From an uncultured Phascolarctobacterium sp. (GTDB lineage Bacteria; Bacillota; Negativicutes; Acidaminococcales; Acidaminococcaceae), in assembly GCF_934190775.1 (NCBI RefSeq), contig NZ_CAKPTG010000008.1, positions 26,337-90,336 of the forward strand: 64,000 bases of DNA. Reading direction: 5' to 3'. Position 1 is the first letter of the stretch. Every line of letters begins with the position of its first letter. The notes under the pieces are model-generated. The model was not told the DNA's origin. It was given only the letters and a program-made list of their open reading frames with translations, and did no database searches. Positions 18,302-28,053 of the stretch are shown here, one piece after another. Both the position numbers and the translations under genes were made by a program.

Positions 18302-19213
18302 TTAAACTTTTTTTACCCCGTCTGTATCCAGGTCCAGAATATGGTAGCAGGCATGCTCATTATTGGCCGCAAACACGTCTACCATAGCCTTGGCAATGCG
18401 CTCACAGTCTGCCTCAGGCGAAGCGTAGGCCATCACCGTAGAGCCTGCACCGCTGATAATAGCGTTATATGCGCTTGCCTCTTTGGCAGCCGCAAAAACA
18501 TCTGGCAAGCCAGGAATCAGATGCGCACGGTACGGCTGATGCAGCTTGTCCTCCAGCGCCATGCCCAGATACTCATAATTGCCGCTCAGCAGCGCACCGA
18601 CCAAAAGCGAAGCTCTGGAGGTGTTATATACTGCGTCCTTGTGCGGTACAGTCTTGGGAATAGCCTGACGTGCAAGCGACGTTGGCAGCTTGCTGTCGGG
18701 AACGACGGCGATGAACTTCAATGGCTTGGCAGGCAACAGACGCAGGGAATGTGCCTTCTCCTGCTCCATATAGCTGATGGTGAAGCCGCCGTACAGCGCC
18801 GGCGCCACATTATCGGGATGGCCTTCGATTTCCGTAGCGATACCGAGAAGCTCGTCCTTTGTATAATGGTCATCACACAAAGCGTTAGCTGCGAACAGAC
18901 CGGCAACAATCGCACTGGAGCTGCTGCCCAGACCGCGGGACATAGGAATGCGGTTGAGCATCTTCACCTTCAGACCGATGCGCTGGCCGTCGGTTACGGC
19001 GTTCCACACGCGCAGAAAGCTGGCGAAAGCCAAATTACGGCCAAACGGCTTCAGATAATCTGCGCCCTCGCCTTCTACCTCCAGCTGGAAGCCCTTCTTA
19101 TCGGTTATTTCATAGCTTACTTCGTTATACAGATTGCAGGCCAGGCCGAGGGTATCAAAGCCGGGGCCGCAGTTAGCTGAGGTTGCGGGAACCTGAATAA
19201 ATACTTTTTTCAT
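18302..19213 (-). CDS. thrB: Homoserine kinase (GHMP kinase)
   Basis: 303 aa; GHMP motif PMSRGLGSSSSAIVAG. Confidence 0.9.
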   Translation of the reverse strand: MKKVFIQVPATSANCGPGFDTLGLACNLYNEVSYEITDKKGFQLEVEGEGADYLKPFGRNLAFASFLRVWNAVTDGQRIGLKVKMLNRIPMSRGLGSSSSAIVAGLFAANALCDDHYTKDELLGIATEIEGHPDNVAPALYGGFTISYMEQEKAHSLRLLPAKPLKFIAVVPDSKLPTSLARQAIPKTVPHKDAVYNTSRASLLVGALLSGNYEYLGMALEDKLHQPYRAHLIPGLPDVFAAAKEASAYNAIISGAGSTVMAYASPEADCERIAKAMVDVFAANNEHACYHILDLDTDGVKKV

Positions 19214-19225
19214 GCTGCCGCCTCT

Positions 19226-20530
19226 TTATGCCAAATGGCTGTCTTCTACACGAATCACACAGCTGATTGCTTCTACTACCGGCAGTACGCGCAAAATTTG
19301 CAGCGCCATCTGCAGATTAGCCTCCGAAACACTGTGAGTAATTACAACAATTTCCGCCTTGTTGCTCTTAACATCATTAGTCTGTACAACATTGCGCAGG
19401 CTCACGTTCTGTGCGCCGAAGGCCGCAGCGATGGCTGCGAGTGCGCCCGGTTTATCTGCTACCTGCAGGCGGATATATGCCGGTGCGGACATCTTATCAG
19501 GCGGGCAGAGGCGTTTTTCCTCAAAGCAGGTGCAGCTGATGCGTCCGGTAGACTGATGCTGCATATTGCGGGCAACATCAATAATATCGCCGCAGACAGA
19601 GCTTGCAGTCGGCAGACGGCCTGCACCGAGGCCCAGGAACATGGCCTCACCGATAGCGTCACCGTTGACGAATACAGCGTTATAAACGCCGTTTACGCCT
19701 GCCAGCGGATGGGAAAGCGGAATCATCGTCGGGTTAACACGCAGGCTTACACCGTTTTCCGGATCGTTCTTGGCGATTGCCAGAAGCTTTACTGCGTAAC
19801 CCAGATTAGTTGCATATTTGATATCGCAGGCCTCAATGCTTTCAATGCCTTCAACCTGTACATCGTCCAGATTGAAGCGTGTATTGAAGGCAATAGATGC
19901 CAGAATAACGATTTTACGCGCAGCATCCAGACCGCCTACATCGGCAGTAGGATCGGACTCTGCATAGCCCTTGGCCTGCGCTTCTTTCAGCACCTCATCG
20001 TAATCAAGGTGTTCGTTAGCCATCTTGGACAGCATATAGTTGGTGGTGCCGTTCACGATACCCATGATAGAGGTAATCTGATTGGCTGCCATACTGGTTT
20101 TCAAAGGTCCGATGATAGGAATACCGCCGCAAACGCTGGCTTCAAACATAAAGTCACAGTTGTGCTCATGTGCCAGTGGGAACAGCTCGGAGCCGAATTT
20201 AGCCAGAACGTCCTTGTTGGCAGTAACAACATGCTTGCCGTTGGCAAAGGCTCTGGCGATAAATTCCTTGGCAGGATGCTCGCGGCCCAGCAGCTCAACG
20301 ATGATATCAATATCCTTATCCTCAAGCACCTCATCGGCGTTATCGGTGAAAATATATTTATCACCGTATTCCTGTTTCAAGCGGTCTACATGGCGGTCAA
20401 GCACCTTGGTAATTCTTACAGGCTTGCCTACCTCTTTGGCTATTTTCTCAGCATTTTTCTCTAAAACCTTCAGCACGCCGCCACCGACAGTGCCGGCGCC
20501 CAACAGACCAACATTTACAAAATCCTTCAT
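19226..20530 (-). CDS. hom: Homoserine dehydrogenase with C-terminal ACT domain
   Basis: 434 aa; NAD-binding VGLLGAGTVGGGV, catalytic domain, C-terminal ACT. Confidence 0.9.
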   Translation of the reverse strand: MKDFVNVGLLGAGTVGGGVLKVLEKNAEKIAKEVGKPVRITKVLDRHVDRLKQEYGDKYIFTDNADEVLEDKDIDIIVELLGREHPAKEFIARAFANGKHVVTANKDVLAKFGSELFPLAHEHNCDFMFEASVCGGIPIIGPLKTSMAANQITSIMGIVNGTTNYMLSKMANEHLDYDEVLKEAQAKGYAESDPTADVGGLDAARKIVILASIAFNTRFNLDDVQVEGIESIEACDIKYATNLGYAVKLLAIAKNDPENGVSLRVNPTMIPLSHPLAGVNGVYNAVFVNGDAIGEAMFLGLGAGRLPTASSVCGDIIDVARNMQHQSTGRISCTCFEEKRLCPPDKMSAPAYIRLQVADKPGALAAIAAAFGAQNVSLRNVVQTNDVKSNKAEIVVITHSVSEANLQMALQILRVLPVVEAISCVIRVEDSHLA

Positions 20531-20564
20531 TTAGTACCCCTCCAATACCTAAATAAGTAATCGG

Positions 20565-21008
20565 TTATACCTGACCTAAAACTTCCAGACGTTTTACGCC
20601 GTCAATCATGCGCAGCTTGTCCAGCAAAGCCTCCAGATCTACCGTCAGATGCTTGGTTTCGATAGAAATAGTGGTGTTGGCAACGCCCTGCAAAGGAATG
20701 CCCTGGTTGATGGTCATGATGCTGCCGGAATCGTCGGCAACAGTATTCAAAACCTTGGACAGCACGCCGGATTTGTGCTCCAGCAGTAAGGACAGAGTAA
20801 TGATTTTTTCCTTGCTTGCTTCATAGAACGGAAAAACGAAATCCTTGTATTTGTAATAAGCACTGCGGCTCAGACCCATTTTTTCAACTGCTTCGTTGAT
20901 AGTTTTGATTTCGCCGCGTTTGAGGATTTCTTTAACCTTTATAGTTTTTTTAATTGCTTCCGGAAGAATTTCTTCGCGAACCAAATAGAATGTGGATTTT
21001 TCAGACAT
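20565..21008 (-). CDS. ACT-domain protein, UPF0735/PheB-like
   Basis: Start taken at MSEKSTFYL (AAAGGGG RBS 9 nt upstream) giving ~147 aa; the longer 208-aa ORF lacks an RBS. Confidence 0.7.
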   Translation of the reverse strand: MSEKSTFYLVREEILPEAIKKTIKVKEILKRGEIKTINEAVEKMGLSRSAYYKYKDFVFPFYEASKEKIITLSLLLEHKSGVLSKVLNTVADDSGSIMTINQGIPLQGVANTTISIETKHLTVDLEALLDKLRMIDGVKRLEVLGQV

Positions 21009-21114
21009 ACTAGTGTCCCCTTTCTTCATACAAAGTTCTTTTAATATTATACCACTGTTCTCTTGAAAAGTACACTTGTTATTTTTGTAAATTCTGAACA
21101 AATTCAGTGCACAA

Positions 21115-21425
21115 TACACGCATGCAAATATACAAAAAAGCTTCCGTTCCTGTAAAAATACAGGGACGAAAGCGTTGCTTCGTGATACCACCCTAATTCA
21201 TCCATATGTCACCACACGGACCTCATCAAGTACGCAGGGATTGTTTACCCTTTAATACTCCAGCACTGTAACGGGTGCACCCGGACGGCCTAAATGCATG
21301 CATCTCAGCCCATCGGCTCCAAGACCATCTTCAATGTCACCACCTGCTCCCTCTCGCACCAGAATGAAGGCTCTCTTCGCCAGGCTCGTACATTTACTCT
21401 TCTCGCCCGTTATTAAGTTATGTGC
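21115..21425 (-). promoter_or_regulatory. T-box riboswitch leader of the ACT-hom-thrB operon
   Basis: Minus strand: promoter TTGACA-N17-TATCAT (~21457..21430); F-box-like CCGTTA; AGTA box; T-box sequence AATTAGGGTGGTATCACG (plus 21181..21198) followed by terminator hairpin + UUUUUU (21125..21175). Confidence 0.6.
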
Positions 21426-21557
21426 AAAATGATACAACATACATACTCAGTTGTCAACAAAAATTGTTATATTTCTCGTGGGAAAAGAAAGTACCAAGAT
21501 TTTTGTAAATGATATTACAAAAATACGGAAAGCAGCAGCGTGCTTTCCGTAGAAAAA

Positions 21558-21812
21558 TTAATCGCCATAGGCTAGAATTGGATTTTCTTTTTTTATATCT
21601 AATGTCGCCACTACCATGAGCACTACGCCGTCTAATTTAGCATAATACTCATGCAACACGTTGCCAAACAAATCGCGGATTTTGCCCAGCTTCTGCCCCT
21701 TATGCACTTTGTCCTCACGCGACACAAAGGCATACCATCGCCAGGAAGCATCTGCATCAAGATATTCACCCTTAGTAATGCGCTTAATTGGTGCAGTTCT
21801 TTTCACTATCAT
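21558..21812 (-). CDS. Small hypothetical protein (84 aa), possibly a gene fragment
   Basis: ORF only; no recognisable motif; sits between T-box promoter and SBP gene. Confidence 0.25.
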   Translation of the reverse strand: MIVKRTAPIKRITKGEYLDADASWRWYAFVSREDKVHKGQKLGKIRDLFGNVLHEYYAKLDGVVLMVVATLDIKKENPILAYGD

Positions 21813-21865
21813 AAAATCGACATGGAGAACATAGCCTGTTGCTTCCTAAAAATCTGCACTTCATA

Positions 21866-23446
21866 TTAATTTGCAGGCTGCCAGTCTTTCGTGAGCCAAT
21901 AGAAATCGCAAGCCTGAATGTTGGCATTAGCAACCTTGCTAGAGCTTACAATATTAGTCTGCGGATGTCCATAGATAATCGTTGCCGCATCATCGAGCAA
22001 AATCTTTTGCATATCAATGATATACTGGCGGCGCTTGCTTTCATCAAATTCACTAATATATTGATCACCCAAGGCATCATATTTAGCATTACTATAGCCA
22101 GAGCCATTTTGTGGATTGGAACCATTCACATTAGTACGCCAATACATATTCATAAAGTTTATGGGTGAGCCAGCCTGCTCAGACAAAATATTAGAAATAA
22201 GCAAATCATATTTGCCACTTGTACCAATGCTATCAAGCACATTATAGTCTACAGCCTTAATATTGATTTTAATACCAACCTTCTTCGCATCAGCCTGAGT
22301 TGCCTCTGCAAAAATAGGCAATTCGGCACGGCTGGTATAGATAACATACTCAAGCTCTAAGTTTTTGCCATCCTTATCTACAAAACCATCTCCATCACTA
22401 TCTTTCCAACCAGCCTCAGCAAGCAACTGTTTTGCACGCTCAACATTATAAGTGTTCGGATCTTTTAGTTCATTATAACCAAAATCCAAAGTCGGCGGCA
22501 TAGCAGGCCCACCAGGAACAAAGGTATTATGCAGCAAAGTCTTGCAGTAAGTAGGGCGGTCCAGTGCAGATAACAGAGCTTGTCTTACACGCAGATCTGC
22601 TAAAGGCCTGCCCTCATTAACATTCATTCTAGCCAAGCAATCACGAATAGACGCCATTTCACTTACATGATAACCTTTTTTATCTCTAAAGAGCGGCATA
22701 TCACCATAAGCTACATTAACAGCAACATCTATCTCTCCCTTTTGCAGCGCCATAGCCCTGGTATTGGGATCATTAACAGAAGGAATCTCCACAGTATCAT
22801 AGGGTACCTTGCCATCCCAGTAATTAGGATTAGCCTTCATGACAGCCTTATTCTGGTTGAAAGATTCCACTATATATGGACCTGTGCAGATAGGTCCCAT
22901 GCGCAAAATGTCTCTATCCTTAACGCTCGTATCAACGATAACAAAATAAGGATCACCTAAAACTCCAGGCAGACCAGGAGTCGGCTTCGTGGTTTTAATA
23001 ATCAGATTCTGTCCTTCTGCCTTCATAGAAGCAATCTGCGCCCAGGTTTTTGCTTCTAAAGATTTATCAATAGTTCTTTGAATGGAAGACATGCAGGCTT
23101 CAGCAGTAACCTTGTTACCATTCGAAAATTTTGCTTTATCATTAATTTTGAAGGTCCAGGTAAGCTTGTCGTCGGCAACCGACCAGCTTTCGGCAATCCA
23201 AGGCTTCACATTCATTTTTTCATCAAATTTAATCAAAGTCTCGCCTAAGCCATAACGCGTCAGCGCCCAGCCAACAGCATGGTTCGTAGGCTCAAGATTA
23301 TCGGCAAAGTTTACCACACCAAATTTTAAAACCTTATTACCAGACGCCTTAGCATCATCAGACTTACTGCCTCCGCAACCAGCTAAAGACAACGCCATAA
23401 CAGCAGCAAGAGCCGTTGCTGAAAAATTTTTCCAAGTTAACTTCAT
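21866..23446 (-). CDS. ABC transporter substrate-binding lipoprotein, family 5 (oligopeptide/nickel OppA/NikA-like), orphan
   Basis: Start at MKLTWKNF (AAAGGAG 8 nt upstream); signal peptide with lipobox LAGC; SBP_bac_5-like length (~527 aa). Confidence 0.8.
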   Translation of the reverse strand: MKLTWKNFSATALAAVMALSLAGCGGSKSDDAKASGNKVLKFGVVNFADNLEPTNHAVGWALTRYGLGETLIKFDEKMNVKPWIAESWSVADDKLTWTFKINDKAKFSNGNKVTAEACMSSIQRTIDKSLEAKTWAQIASMKAEGQNLIIKTTKPTPGLPGVLGDPYFVIVDTSVKDRDILRMGPICTGPYIVESFNQNKAVMKANPNYWDGKVPYDTVEIPSVNDPNTRAMALQKGEIDVAVNVAYGDMPLFRDKKGYHVSEMASIRDCLARMNVNEGRPLADLRVRQALLSALDRPTYCKTLLHNTFVPGGPAMPPTLDFGYNELKDPNTYNVERAKQLLAEAGWKDSDGDGFVDKDGKNLELEYVIYTSRAELPIFAEATQADAKKVGIKINIKAVDYNVLDSIGTSGKYDLLISNILSEQAGSPINFMNMYWRTNVNGSNPQNGSGYSNAKYDALGDQYISEFDESKRRQYIIDMQKILLDDAATIIYGHPQTNIVSSSKVANANIQACDFYWLTKDWQPAN

Positions 23447-23574
23447 ACACATACTCCTTTCAAACATTCATTCTAAGATAGATATAAAAATAACAATCTA
23501 TGCTATTAGAACTTTTATTGCACTAACATTATAGCACTTGCGATTCTAAATTTCAAGGTGTAATTTAGATTTTT

Positions 23575-23609
23575 GCCAAAAAAATATAGCAGCTGAAGAA
23601 TGCTGCTAT
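23575..23609 (-). terminator. Terminator (ATAGCAGC-N8-GCTGCTAT + T-run on minus strand) after TetR gene
   Basis: 8-bp perfect stem, ATTTTTTTGG on minus strand. Confidence 0.55.
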
Positions 23610-23617
23610 AAAATCTT

Positions 23618-24256
23618 TCAAGTCAAAAGACCTGCCAAAACAACCTTGAGATAGGCAACAAACTGCGGTATAAATTCTCTTGTACCATAGCCAATTTCAT
23701 AGAAAATAGTTATGTTATTAGCTTTTTTATATTCACAACTTGCAGGATAGAGTACCAAAGCAAAGCTGTTCTCTAAATTTATAAAGAGAATGGCTTGCTC
23801 TGCATCAAGCTGTGGTAAAGCAACCCTTGCTACAGCCGCCAAGCGACAATAATCAACATGCATTTGCTGCCTAAATTCCTTATGCTGTTCATCGCTCGCT
23901 CCTGCTAAAATTATCGTATTCGTAATAGAAAAAATAGACAGCAGGCGCTCATGCCTTAGCAGCATAGCCGCCCATTTTTGACAAAAAGCATCCAGATCAT
24001 CAATAGGAGCTGTAAAGCTTACCTCTGCATCTGCCACCATCTGCCTGATTTCCTGCATGAGAATCAGTAAAAAAATATCCTCTTTACAAGAAAAGTAATT
24101 ATATAAATTTATTCTGCTGAAATTGAGATTTAAGGCAATTTTACTAAAAGTAATCTTATCATAGCCAATCTCATCATACAGTTTTATCGTGGCATCTATT
24201 ATCTGCTGCACTCTTTCCTGTTTCTCTTTTTCTCCATGCGCTCTTAAAAAACTCAT
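23618..24256 (-). CDS. TetR/AcrR-family transcriptional regulator
   Basis: 212 aa; N-terminal HTH (ITFSKIALNLNFSRINLYNYF). Confidence 0.85.
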   Translation of the reverse strand: MSFLRAHGEKEKQERVQQIIDATIKLYDEIGYDKITFSKIALNLNFSRINLYNYFSCKEDIFLLILMQEIRQMVADAEVSFTAPIDDLDAFCQKWAAMLLRHERLLSIFSITNTIILAGASDEQHKEFRQQMHVDYCRLAAVARVALPQLDAEQAILFINLENSFALVLYPASCEYKKANNITIFYEIGYGTREFIPQFVAYLKVVLAGLLT

Positions 24257-24287
24257 CTTTCTCCTCTAAATTCTTTAATCATATTCT

Positions 24288-24660
24288 TCATTCAGCTTTT
24301 TGCATAGCATCGTCAGTCCGCCCAGCGTCCAGAAGCACAAGCCCATCTGCGTATTAAAATACACGTGGTCAGTCAGGCCGCCGACGATAATGCCCACCGT
24401 CGCCAGCACATAGCCGCGTCCCATCGCCTTCAGCCAAAGGCTGCGACCGTGATAAGCAAGCCTCCAGGCGGCAGGCAGGAAAATTCCCCACCAGACAACA
24501 AGAAACGCCAGCAGACCATGCGCACCCGTAACATGTACGGTTTTGATTTTTTGCTTAGGATTGCCCAGCTAGCGCAAAAGACCTTCAATGCGCTCCATAC
24601 CTAATTTAATAGCAAACTTGCCCGGCTGTCTAAATACGCCAGGCTCTCTGTATAATTCAT
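24288..24660 (-). pseudogene. Gene remnants: 5' fragment of folylpolyglutamate synthase (folC) with frameshift and in-frame TAG, fused to the 3' end of an unrelated polytopic membrane protein
   Basis: Minus strand from 24660: MNYTESLAYLDSR, then +1 frame FAIKLGMERIEGLLR*LGNPKQKIKTVHVTGA (FolC N-terminal signature up to the P-loop); downstream frame continues as hydrophobic LLAFLVVWWGIFLPAAW...YFNTQMGLCFWTLGGL C-terminus. Confidence 0.45.
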
Positions 24661-24710
24661 TGTGCTTACGTCTCCATAATTTTTCTTGACACTATATTAT
24701 AACATATTAT

Positions 24711-25004
24711 CTAATTCTTGCCAGCAAACGTTTCCGCAGCTTTATAAACTCTGCCAGCTTCTATATCAGCATAACCCTTTGCCAACTTGTCATGTAGCTG
24801 CGCATTAGTCATCATATCAGCATTAACTGCCACAGGTGCTTTAGGCAGCGTAACAGAAAACGGTATTCCGCCCGTAAGAACAATCTGATTCAAGTACATC
24901 GTTATAGCAGTCGACATTGGTACGCCAAGTTTGCTTAATACTTCTTCAGCCTTTTCCTTAACATCAGGATTAACGCGTAAATTTAAAGTTGCAGTTTTTT
25001 CCAT
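24711..25004 (-). CDS. RelB/DinJ-family type II antitoxin (solitary)
   Basis: Start at MEKTATLNLR (GGGAGG 8 nt upstream); ribbon-helix-helix N-terminus LNLRVNPDVKEKAEEVL; no toxin ORF downstream. Confidence 0.7.
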   Translation of the reverse strand: MEKTATLNLRVNPDVKEKAEEVLSKLGVPMSTAITMYLNQIVLTGGIPFSVTLPKAPVAVNADMMTNAQLHDKLAKGYADIEAGRVYKAAETFAGKN

Positions 25005-25202
25005 TATTATCGCCTCCCAAGATAATTGTAACGCTTTTAACGTCACAATTCAAACAAAAAAATAAGTGCCAGAAACCTTGTCCTTGATTAGGTCAAGACC
25101 CCAACACTTATTATAGAACCAAAAAAGCTGCCGCAGGCAGGTTCCGTCACCATAAGTAACAGAACAAGCCTGCAGCAGCTGCTGCGTAATTCTTAATTAA
25201 AA

Positions 25203-25760
25203 TTAAGCGCGGGAAATGTAGTCGCCGGTTCTGGTATCGATAGCCAGAACGTCGCCCTCGTTGATGAACAGAGGAACCTTAACAACATAGCCGGTATCCA
25301 TGGTAGCATTCTTGCTGCCGCCGGTAGCGGTATCGCCTTTGATGCCGGGTTCGGTTTCAACTACGGTCAGTTCTACAGTGTTCGGCAGGTCAACGCCCAG
25401 TACACGGTTGTCATAAATCATGATTTTAACATCCATGTTCTCTTTCAGGAAGTTCAGTGCGCTGCCCAGAGTTTCTTTGCTCAGCTCGGTTTGTTCGTAG
25501 GTTTCATTGTCCATGAATACATACATGCCGTCGGATTCATACAGATATTGCATTTCGCGACGGTCGATGTGAGCCTTCGGCAGACGCTCGCCTGCGTTGA
25601 AGGTACGCTCAACTACAGCACCGGTGCACAGGTTACGCATTTTTGCACGTACGAAAGCAGCACCCTTACCAGGTTTTACGTGTTGGAATTCAACAACCTG
25701 CCAAGCGTCGCCATCGATGGTAACAGTTACGTTGGTTTTAAATTCGTTTGTGGAAATCAT
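25203..25760 (-). CDS. efp: Elongation factor P
   Basis: 185 aa; conserved KPGKG loop (site of Lys modification). Confidence 0.95.
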   Translation of the reverse strand: MISTNEFKTNVTVTIDGDAWQVVEFQHVKPGKGAAFVRAKMRNLCTGAVVERTFNAGERLPKAHIDRREMQYLYESDGMYVFMDNETYEQTELSKETLGSALNFLKENMDVKIMIYDNRVLGVDLPNTVELTVVETEPGIKGDTATGGSKNATMDTGYVVKVPLFINEGDVLAIDTRTGDYISRA

Positions 25761-25786
25761 TGGAAGCCCTCCTATAAATTTAAATA

Positions 25787-26860
25787 TTAGACAATTTCAA
25801 TAAGCTGCTTTTTGACACCGTTCAAGGCTCTTGCCCCATCCTCTGTCAAAACAACAGTATCTTCTATACGTACCCCGCCTTTACCGGGAATGTATATACC
25901 GGGTTCAATAGTGAAGATCATGCCTGTCTGCAGCACCGTAGCGCCACGCTTGTTGATCATAGGCATTTCGTGGATTTCCAGGCCTACACCGTGACCTGTT
26001 CCATGCACATAATAATCGCCGTAGCCGCAGGCGGTAATGCTGTCACGCACGATAGCGTCAAGCTCTCTGCCGGTCATGCCTGCTTCGGCAGCCTTCAGGC
26101 CCTTGCGCTGTGCTTCTTCAACTATAGTATAAATTTCCTGCTGCCAGGAATTTGCCAGGCCAACTACTAATGTACGCGTCATATCGGAATGATATCCCTT
26201 ATAGACGGCGCCGAAGTCAAATGTAATAAAATCACCGACCTCGATAACCTTGTCGGATGCCATGCCATGCGGCAAAGCACTGCGTACGCCGGAAGCTACA
26301 ATCGTATCAAAGGAAGTCTTTTCGCTTCCCAAGGCACGCATATAGTATTCCAAGCGGCCTGCCAGACTGCGCTCGGTACAGCCGGGCTTGATATCCTCCA
26401 GCAGATGGATAAAGGCTTCGTCAGCAATGCTGGCAGCCTTCAGCAGGATGTCCAGCTCTTTCTTATCCTTAATCATGCGGATATCGCTGAAATCAATGCT
26501 CTGCATATATGTTTCGCCCAAAAGCTCGTGCAGCACAGTATAATCATCATAGCTGTAATACGCTCCGTCAAAGCCTACTACCTGCGCTTGGGCATTCTTT
26601 GCCAAATCTGCGGCGGCAGCCCAGATGCTGTGCGCACCTGTCGGAGTATACTCCAACACCTTGAAGAACTTCATTTCGTTTCTGGCCTGCTCTGTATAAC
26701 GGCCATCCGTAATCAGCACGCCCTGTTGTCTGTCCAGATACAGCAGACTGGAATCTCCTGTAAAGCCGGTCAGATAACGGATTGTGGTAACATCCTTAAT
26801 AATGACACTGTCTACCTGCAGCTTGGCCATATGCTCCAAAACTCTATTGATACGCGTCAT
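25787..26860 (-). CDS. Xaa-Pro aminopeptidase / M24-family metallopeptidase
   Basis: 357 aa; pita-bread fold metal ligands ([31 protein letters not shown]); conserved efp-adjacent position. Confidence 0.85.
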   Translation of the reverse strand: MTRINRVLEHMAKLQVDSVIIKDVTTIRYLTGFTGDSSLLYLDRQQGVLITDGRYTEQARNEMKFFKVLEYTPTGAHSIWAAAADLAKNAQAQVVGFDGAYYSYDDYTVLHELLGETYMQSIDFSDIRMIKDKKELDILLKAASIADEAFIHLLEDIKPGCTERSLAGRLEYYMRALGSEKTSFDTIVASGVRSALPHGMASDKVIEVGDFITFDFGAVYKGYHSDMTRTLVVGLANSWQQEIYTIVEEAQRKGLKAAEAGMTGRELDAIVRDSITACGYGDYYVHGTGHGVGLEIHEMPMINKRGATVLQTGMIFTIEPGIYIPGKGGVRIEDTVVLTEDGARALNGVKKQLIEIV

Positions 26861-26988
26861 GATATTACCCTCTTTCCATAAAACTGATGATAGCTATGAA
26901 TCACCTAAATATTTTACCACTCATTTGCAAAACTTTCAACTATTATCTTTGCTAAGGCACTTTTTTTGTTAACTTTGTAGCATAACCA

Positions 26989-27040
26989 GCAAAAAAGCAG
27001 GCCGTTAACACCGCCCCCAGCGTTGTCGGCCTGCCCTTTC
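26989..27040 (-). terminator. Terminator (GCAGGCCG..CGGCCTGC + TTTTTTG on minus strand) after ldh
   Basis: 8-bp GC stem with U-tract on minus strand. Confidence 0.55.
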
Positions 27041-27057
27041 AAAGACATACGTTAAAA

Positions 27058-28020
27058 TTATTTACATTCTGCAGCAGCAATGCCTTCTGCGGTTTTGATG
27101 TTCTTGCGTACATCGTCGCAGCATTTGTGGAAGTTTGCCAGCTCCTCGGCAGTCAGAGGCAGCTCCAGCACACGCTCTGCGCCGTTTTTGCCCAGCAGTA
27201 CAGGAACGCCTACAAAGACATCCTTTTCGCCGTATTCGCCGTCAAGCAGCATGGAAGCAGGCATAATGCGTTGCTCGTCGTTGAAAATGCAGCGTACCAT
27301 ACGTGCTGCGGTAGAACAGATGCCGTATTCGGTGCAGTGCTTGCCGCTGTAGGTTACCCAGCCGCCGCCGATAGCGCGTTTTTGCAGCTCCGGTTTGTCA
27401 AAAGCGAATTTAGGATCCTCGTGCTCCAGAGAGCTTAAGGGAATGCCGTTGAAGTTTACGCAGGACCATGCAGCCATTTGGGAAGCACCGTGCTCGCCAA
27501 TCATGTAAGCGCTGATGGATTGCGGAGAAATGCCGGTCTGCAGGGATAAAGCAGATACCAGACGGGAGGTATCCAGACCGGTACCGGTGCCGATTACATG
27601 GCCTTTCGGCAGGCCGCTTTCGCGATAAAGGATGTTGGTGATAACATCGCAAGGATTGGTGATGTTAACAATGAAGCCGTTGAAGCCGCTGGCCATAACC
27701 TTGTGGATATAACCTTTAACCTGTGCTGCGGTAAAGGTAAGCTCGTCCAAACGGTCACCGCTGGCAACCAGGTCGATATCGCCGATGCAGTTTACGATAG
27801 CGTCGCAGTCGCCCAAGTCAGCGTAGGTACCGCCGTTGATTTTTACATCATGCGGGCAATACAGAATTGCGTCGCGCAGGTCCTGTACCTCGGCAGCCAG
27901 CTTGGATTCTTTCGGGTCCACCAGTACCAGCTCGGCAGCAATGCCCTGAATAGCCAGGCTGTACGCAACGTGAGCACCAACGTGACCTAAACCGATAATA
28001 CCAACTTTTCTTGTTTTCAT
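27058..28020 (-). CDS. ldh: L-lactate dehydrogenase (LDH/MDH family)
   Basis: 320 aa; NAD-binding KVGIIGLGHVG, substrate loop, catalytic MIGEHG. Confidence 0.85.
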   Translation of the reverse strand: MKTRKVGIIGLGHVGAHVAYSLAIQGIAAELVLVDPKESKLAAEVQDLRDAILYCPHDVKINGGTYADLGDCDAIVNCIGDIDLVASGDRLDELTFTAAQVKGYIHKVMASGFNGFIVNITNPCDVITNILYRESGLPKGHVIGTGTGLDTSRLVSALSLQTGISPQSISAYMIGEHGASQMAAWSCVNFNGIPLSSLEHEDPKFAFDKPELQKRAIGGGWVTYSGKHCTEYGICSTAARMVRCIFNDEQRIMPASMLLDGEYGEKDVFVGVPVLLGKNGAERVLELPLTAEELANFHKCCDDVRKNIKTAEGIAAAECK

Positions 28021-28053
28021 AATTAAGTTCCCCCCAAATTTTTCTTTAATATT

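Noticed and set aside
18117-18387. Plus-strand ORFs 62 aa and 74 aa
   Set aside because: They overlap the tRNA-Pro gene and its terminator and are composed of tRNA-complement sequence.
20565-21191. 208-aa version of the ACT-domain ORF
   Set aside because: The N-terminal 61 residues are Cys/Phe-rich, overlap the second promoter, and lack an RBS; the AAAGGGG RBS precedes the internal MSEKS start.
21252-21440. 62-aa minus-strand ORF
   Set aside because: It lies inside the T-box leader and starts upstream of the predicted transcription start, so it is not coding.
24365-24604. 79-aa plus-strand ORF
   Set aside because: It is antisense to the folC/membrane-protein remnants and its Arg/Gln/Pro-rich translation has no signals.
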